Shown one piece after another: positions 15,471-18,955 of a DNA stretch of 18,955 bases. A model generated the notes under the pieces. The model searched no databases. It saw only the letters and a list, made by a program, of their open reading frames with translations, and was not told where the DNA came from. This DNA is from Cyanophyceae cyanobacterium (GTDB lineage Bacteria; Cyanobacteriota; Cyanobacteriia; Cyanobacteriales; JBHJGN01). The stretch lies in assembly GCA_050331735.1 (NCBI GenBank), contig JBHJGN010000075.1:1-18955 (forward strand). The letters are read 5' to 3'. The position numbers and the translations under genes are program-made. Within the stretch, counting starts at the first letter, position 1, and each line of letters begins with the position of its first letter.

Positions 15471-15713
15471 ATATCTGGGTTCGAGCAGAATTCAAAAAAC
15501 GGTCAGTGCTCATCAGTTTTTTAAAAACAAATTTTGCGTCAGAACTCTTCAGATCGAAGCCCGCCAACGATATACTAAGCAGTAAGATTGTAAAAAAATC
15601 TTCATAAAGTGAAGTTGAGAGTTAACTTCCTTGTTAGAGGGCAGCGTTTCTCCCTAACAGGGTCATTGGATACTCAACGGCTCGTTTACTTAATAACGTT
15701 TATCTCGGCGAAC

Positions 15714-16832
15714 ATGAATTCAGGAATCGACCTACAGGGAAGTTTTATTCAAACCCTCAAAAGTCTGGGGCTGCCATCGGGAGCCGCTAAAGCCGTTTGG
15801 ATTCCCCTACCGCTCGTGTTAATGCTCATTGGGGCAACGGTCGGTGTACTGGTGGTGGTCTGGCTAGAGCGCAAGATTTCGGCGGCGGCTCAGCAGCGCA
15901 TCGGTCCGGAGTATGCTGGTCCGTTAGGCGTATTACAGCCAGTAGCAGACGGACTCAAGCTGGTGTTTAAAGAGGATATTGTTCCCGCGAAAGCCGACCC
16001 CTGGCTGTTTACTCTCGGCCCGGTGATTGTGGTCATTCCTGTGTTTCTGTCTTATCTAATTGTTCCATTCGGACAAAACCTGGTCATCACCGATCTCAAC
16101 GTGGGGATCTTCTTATGGATTGCGCTTTCGAGTATCACCCCGATTGGTTTGCTTATGGCGGGTTATGCCTCCAATAACAAGTACTCCTTACTGGGAGGAT
16201 TGCGGGCAGCCGCTCAGTCTATTAGCTATGAGATTCCTCTGGCGCTGTCGGTGCTGGCGATCGCCATGATGTCTAATAGCCTCAGCACCATCGATATCGT
16301 CCAGCAGCAGGCTGGCTTGGGCATTTTGGGCTGGAATATCTGGCGACAGCCGGTTGGATTTCTGATCTTCTGGATTGCGGCCCTAGCCGAGTGCGAACGT
16401 CTGCCCTTTGATTTACCAGAAGCCGAAGAGGAACTGGTTGCGGGGTATCAAACGGAATACGCCGGGATGAAGTTTGGCCTATTCTATCTGGGCTCCTACG
16501 TCAACCTCGTGCTGTCTTCGCTAGTGTTTGCGGTGCTCTATCTTGGCGGCTGGGAATTTCCAGTGCCTCTAGATCGGTTTGCAGGCTGGATCGGAGTGAG
16601 CGAAACGAGTGCCTGGCTTCAGATTATTACCGCTTCTTTAGGAATTACCATTACCCTACTCAAAGCTTATTTTCTGGTATTTACGGCTATTCTGCTCCGC
16701 TGGACCGTTCCCCGTGTTCGGATTGACCAGCTTCTCGATCTCGGCTGGAAATTTTTACTGCCGGTTTCTCTGGCCAACCTGCTATTAACAGCCGCCTTGA
16801 AACTCGCTTTCCCAGTTGCTTTTGGAGGCTAG
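15714..16832 (+). CDS. ndhA: NDH-1 subunit A (NuoH)
   Basis: [11 protein letters not shown] start, [60 protein letters not shown]. Confidence 0.98.
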   Translation: MNSGIDLQGSFIQTLKSLGLPSGAAKAVWIPLPLVLMLIGATVGVLVVVWLERKISAAAQQRIGPEYAGPLGVLQPVADGLKLVFKEDIVPAKADPWLFTLGPVIVVIPVFLSYLIVPFGQNLVITDLNVGIFLWIALSSITPIGLLMAGYASNNKYSLLGGLRAAAQSISYEIPLALSVLAIAMMSNSLSTIDIVQQQAGLGILGWNIWRQPVGFLIFWIAALAECERLPFDLPEAEEELVAGYQTEYAGMKFGLFYLGSYVNLVLSSLVFAVLYLGGWEFPVPLDRFAGWIGVSETSAWLQIITASLGITITLLKAYFLVFTAILLRWTVPRVRIDQLLDLGWKFLLPVSLANLLLTAALKLAFPVAFGG

Positions 16833-16898
16833 TTAATTTCAGTCAAGGGTTACCTCACACTACACTATTCATCCTCTCGTTGTTACTCAATAGCTAAA

Positions 16899-17510
16899 AT
16901 GTTTAACATTCTCAAACAAGTCGGCGATTATGCCAAGGGAAGCTTTACGGCGGCCAAATATATTGGTCAAGGTCTATCGGTTACGTTCGACCACATGCGG
17001 CGGCGACCCGTTACAGTTCAATATCCCTACGAAAAATTGATTCCTTCTGAACGCTATCGCGGCAGAATTCACTTTGAATTTGATAAGTGTATTGCCTGTG
17101 AAGTTTGCGTCCGCGTTTGTCCGATTAATCTTCCCGTTGTTGATTGGGAATTTGACAAACAGGCTAAGAAGAAGAAGCTCAATCACTACAGCATCGACTT
17201 TGGCGTTTGTATTTTCTGCGGGAACTGTGTCGAATACTGCCCCACTAACTGTTTATCAATGACAGAAGAATACGAACTGTCTACCTTCGATCGTCACGAG
17301 CTCAACTACGATAGTGTTGCTTTGGGTCGCTTGCCCTACAAAGTTACGCAAGATGCGATGGTCACTCCTCTGCGAGAGCTAGCCTATTTGCCGAAAGGCA
17401 TCGTTGAACCGCACGATTTACCGGCAGGTAGTCAAAGAGCTGGCAAGCATCCTGAAGATATTTTGGAAGAAATTGAAGCCGCTCAGGAACAGGAAGCAGC
17501 TAGTCAATAA
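16899..17510 (+). CDS. ndhI: NDH-1 subunit I (2x[4Fe-4S])
   Basis: [12 protein letters not shown] and [12 protein letters not shown] motifs. Confidence 0.98.
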   Translation: MFNILKQVGDYAKGSFTAAKYIGQGLSVTFDHMRRRPVTVQYPYEKLIPSERYRGRIHFEFDKCIACEVCVRVCPINLPVVDWEFDKQAKKKKLNHYSIDFGVCIFCGNCVEYCPTNCLSMTEEYELSTFDRHELNYDSVALGRLPYKVTQDAMVTPLRELAYLPKGIVEPHDLPAGSQRAGKHPEDILEEIEAAQEQEAASQ

Positions 17511-17533
17511 GTAGAATCGAAGGAGTAAAAACT

Positions 17534-18151
17534 GTGAATTTAGCCGAAGGCGTTCGCATTGTATCATTTGGCATTCTATCCGTTATGATGGTTGCTTCAG
17601 CACTAGGAGTTGTGCTGTTCTCCAACATTGTTTACTCAGCATTTTTATTAGGAGGCGTATTCATCAGTATTTCTGGTCTGTACATTCTGCTGAATGCTGA
17701 TTTTGTCGCCGCTGCTCAGGTTTTAGTCTATGTCGGGGCCGTTAATGTCCTGATTTTGTTTGCCATTATGCTGGTTAACAAGCGCGAAGATTTTGCCGCT
17801 ATTCCTGGGCGCTGGCTTCGTAAAGCAGCCACAGCTTTGGTTTGCGTTGGCTTGTTTGCGTTGCTTGGAACCATGGTTTTAGTAACGCCTTGGTCTCTAG
17901 AAGCGCCGACAGCAGTGGTCGAAAACACCATTGTAGAAATTGGCAAGCATTTCTTCAGTGATTACTTGCTGCCGTTTGAGCTAGCTTCTGTTCTATTATT
18001 GATGGCGATGGTTGGTGCTATTATCCTGGCACGTCGAGATTTAATTCCAGAACCCCTGCCAACCGAAGAAGCCAGAGCAACCGCTCTGACGCTACCAGAA
18101 CGGCCCCGCGAGCTCATGTCGTTTGTGAGCGACACCTCAGACCGGGCATAG
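17534..18151 (+). CDS. ndhG: NDH-1 subunit G (NuoJ)
   Basis: NIVYSAFLL, AAQVLVYVGAVNVLILFAIMLVN and YLLPFELASVLLL motifs; GTG start with AAGGAG. Confidence 0.97.
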   Translation: MNLAEGVRIVSFGILSVMMVASALGVVLFSNIVYSAFLLGGVFISISGLYILLNADFVAAAQVLVYVGAVNVLILFAIMLVNKREDFAAIPGRWLRKAATALVCVGLFALLGTMVLVTPWSLEAPTAVVENTIVEIGKHFFSDYLLPFELASVLLLMAMVGAIILARRDLIPEPLPTEEARATALTLPERPRELMSFVSDTSDRA

Positions 18152-18411
18152 TGTGGGGCTATTAGCTCCTAGATAGCTTGTAGATCAGAGTTTGTTCATC
18201 AGGCTTGTCAAGAAAAGAGTCGTTTTCGTCTCAAGGACTGAATAGAGAAGTAATTTTCTCCCGAAAAGTCTGTCACGCTATGCCTCTTCTGTCTCATAGA
18301 GCTGAGAAGACTGGCGTTAAGAGTGGTTCAGTCCACTTGTCATGAAGCCAACAGCTAACGACCAGAAGCTGTCTAATCAACCAACTGTTAATCAATCACC
18401 AACGAGGATTT

Positions 18412-18723
18412 ATGCAGCTACAACTAGAGTACTGTTTGCTCCTAGCAGCAGCTCTTTTCTGTATTGGTATTTATGGCTTAATTACTAGTCGTAATGCAGT
18501 GCGGGTATTAATGTCTATTGAATTGCTGCTGAACGCGGTTAACCTCAACCTAATGGGATTTTCTAACTTTCTAGATCCGGTTGGCATCAGGGGACAGGTT
18601 TTTGCCGTGTTTGTCATTACCGTCGCTGCTGCGGAAGCGGCTGTGGGACTAGCAATTGTGCTATCAATTTATCGCAACCGCGATACAGTAGATATGGAGC
18701 AGTTTAATCTGCTGAAGTGGTAA
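18412..18723 (+). CDS. ndhE: NDH-1 subunit E (NuoK)
   Basis: [32 protein letters not shown] and [10 protein letters not shown] motifs. Confidence 0.98.
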   Translation: MQLQLEYCLLLAAALFCIGIYGLITSRNAVRVLMSIELLLNAVNLNLMGFSNFLDPVGIRGQVFAVFVITVAAAEAAVGLAIVLSIYRNRDTVDMEQFNLLKW

Positions 18724-18817
18724 AGCCGTAGATATAGAAGCGCAACGAAGACAGGGCTTGAACGAGCCGTTCCTACTCGTGCGCTTCTCCTCCTGAGAAT
18801 TAGGTCTTCTGAGCAGA

Positions 18818-18955
18818 TACAGCGCTTTGCAGGTTTATGAGGGACAATAACAGCAGTGGGTAAACCAGTTACGCAAATGCTGAGGATTTATGAGATACAT
18901 CGCTATTTTGATGAGCAAATCAACTTTTTTAGCGGTCTTGGGAGAAAACTGTCTC
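18818..18955 (-). mobile_element. IS630-family insertion sequence, 3' (right) end, running off the window edge
   Basis: Plus strand 18818-18846 reads TA-CAGCGCTTTGCAGGTTTATGAGGGACA (TA target plus TIR). The transposase stop codon lies inside the TIR. Confidence 0.85.
18835..18955 (-). CDS. IS630-family transposase, C-terminal end (truncated by window edge)
   Basis: Manual translation gives RQFSPKTAKKVDLLIKIAMYLINPQHLRNWFTHCCYCPS*, the typical IS630 C-terminus (NWFxHCCY). Not in the ORF track. Confidence 0.88.
   Translation of the reverse strand, partial: RQFSPKTAKKVDLLIKIAMYLINPQHLRNWFTHCCYCPS

Noticed and set aside
15584..15602. AAGATT-N7-AATCTT palindrome just after a TATACT -10 upstream of ndhA; possible NtcA site
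   Set aside because: Does not fit GTA-N8-TAC, and an AT-rich 6-bp arm is too weak to call without conservation data.
15609..15713. 35-aa N-terminal extension of NdhA (similar extensions on ArsR, ArsI, PhnM, HAD and 2H)
   Set aside because: Artefact of the ORF caller taking the first possible start; family N-termini and RBS positions support the downstream ATGs.

Overview
Cyanobacterial chromosomal segment (HIP1 GCGATCGC sites, ndhA-I-G-E, cyanobacterial-type cydAB, DUF3318). Both edges run into IS630-family copies in the same orientation, which the ORF track misses: the 5' end of one copy at the left edge and the 3' end of another at the right edge. From left to right it contains a decayed Uma2 gene abutting a response-regulator relic cut by the IS, a conserved divergent gene pair, and a GC-rich 1167-aa RTX-tailed protein. 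That protein combines an apparently circularly permuted ScyD/ScyE-type beta-propeller with a GDSL/SGNH domain whose catalytic Ser is Arg. Next come cydAB, a small glycine-zipper protein, and a mixed phosphonate/organoarsenic patch (2H phosphoesterase, orphan phnM, divergent ArsR/ArsI-CadI pair, PhnZ-like HD oxygenase, HAD phosphatase), followed by ndhAIGE. The best candidates for something undescribed are the permuted-propeller/pseudo-esterase RTX protein and a possible ArsR-controlled arsI-phnZ-HAD unit. All family calls come from motif recognition by eye; no searches were run.
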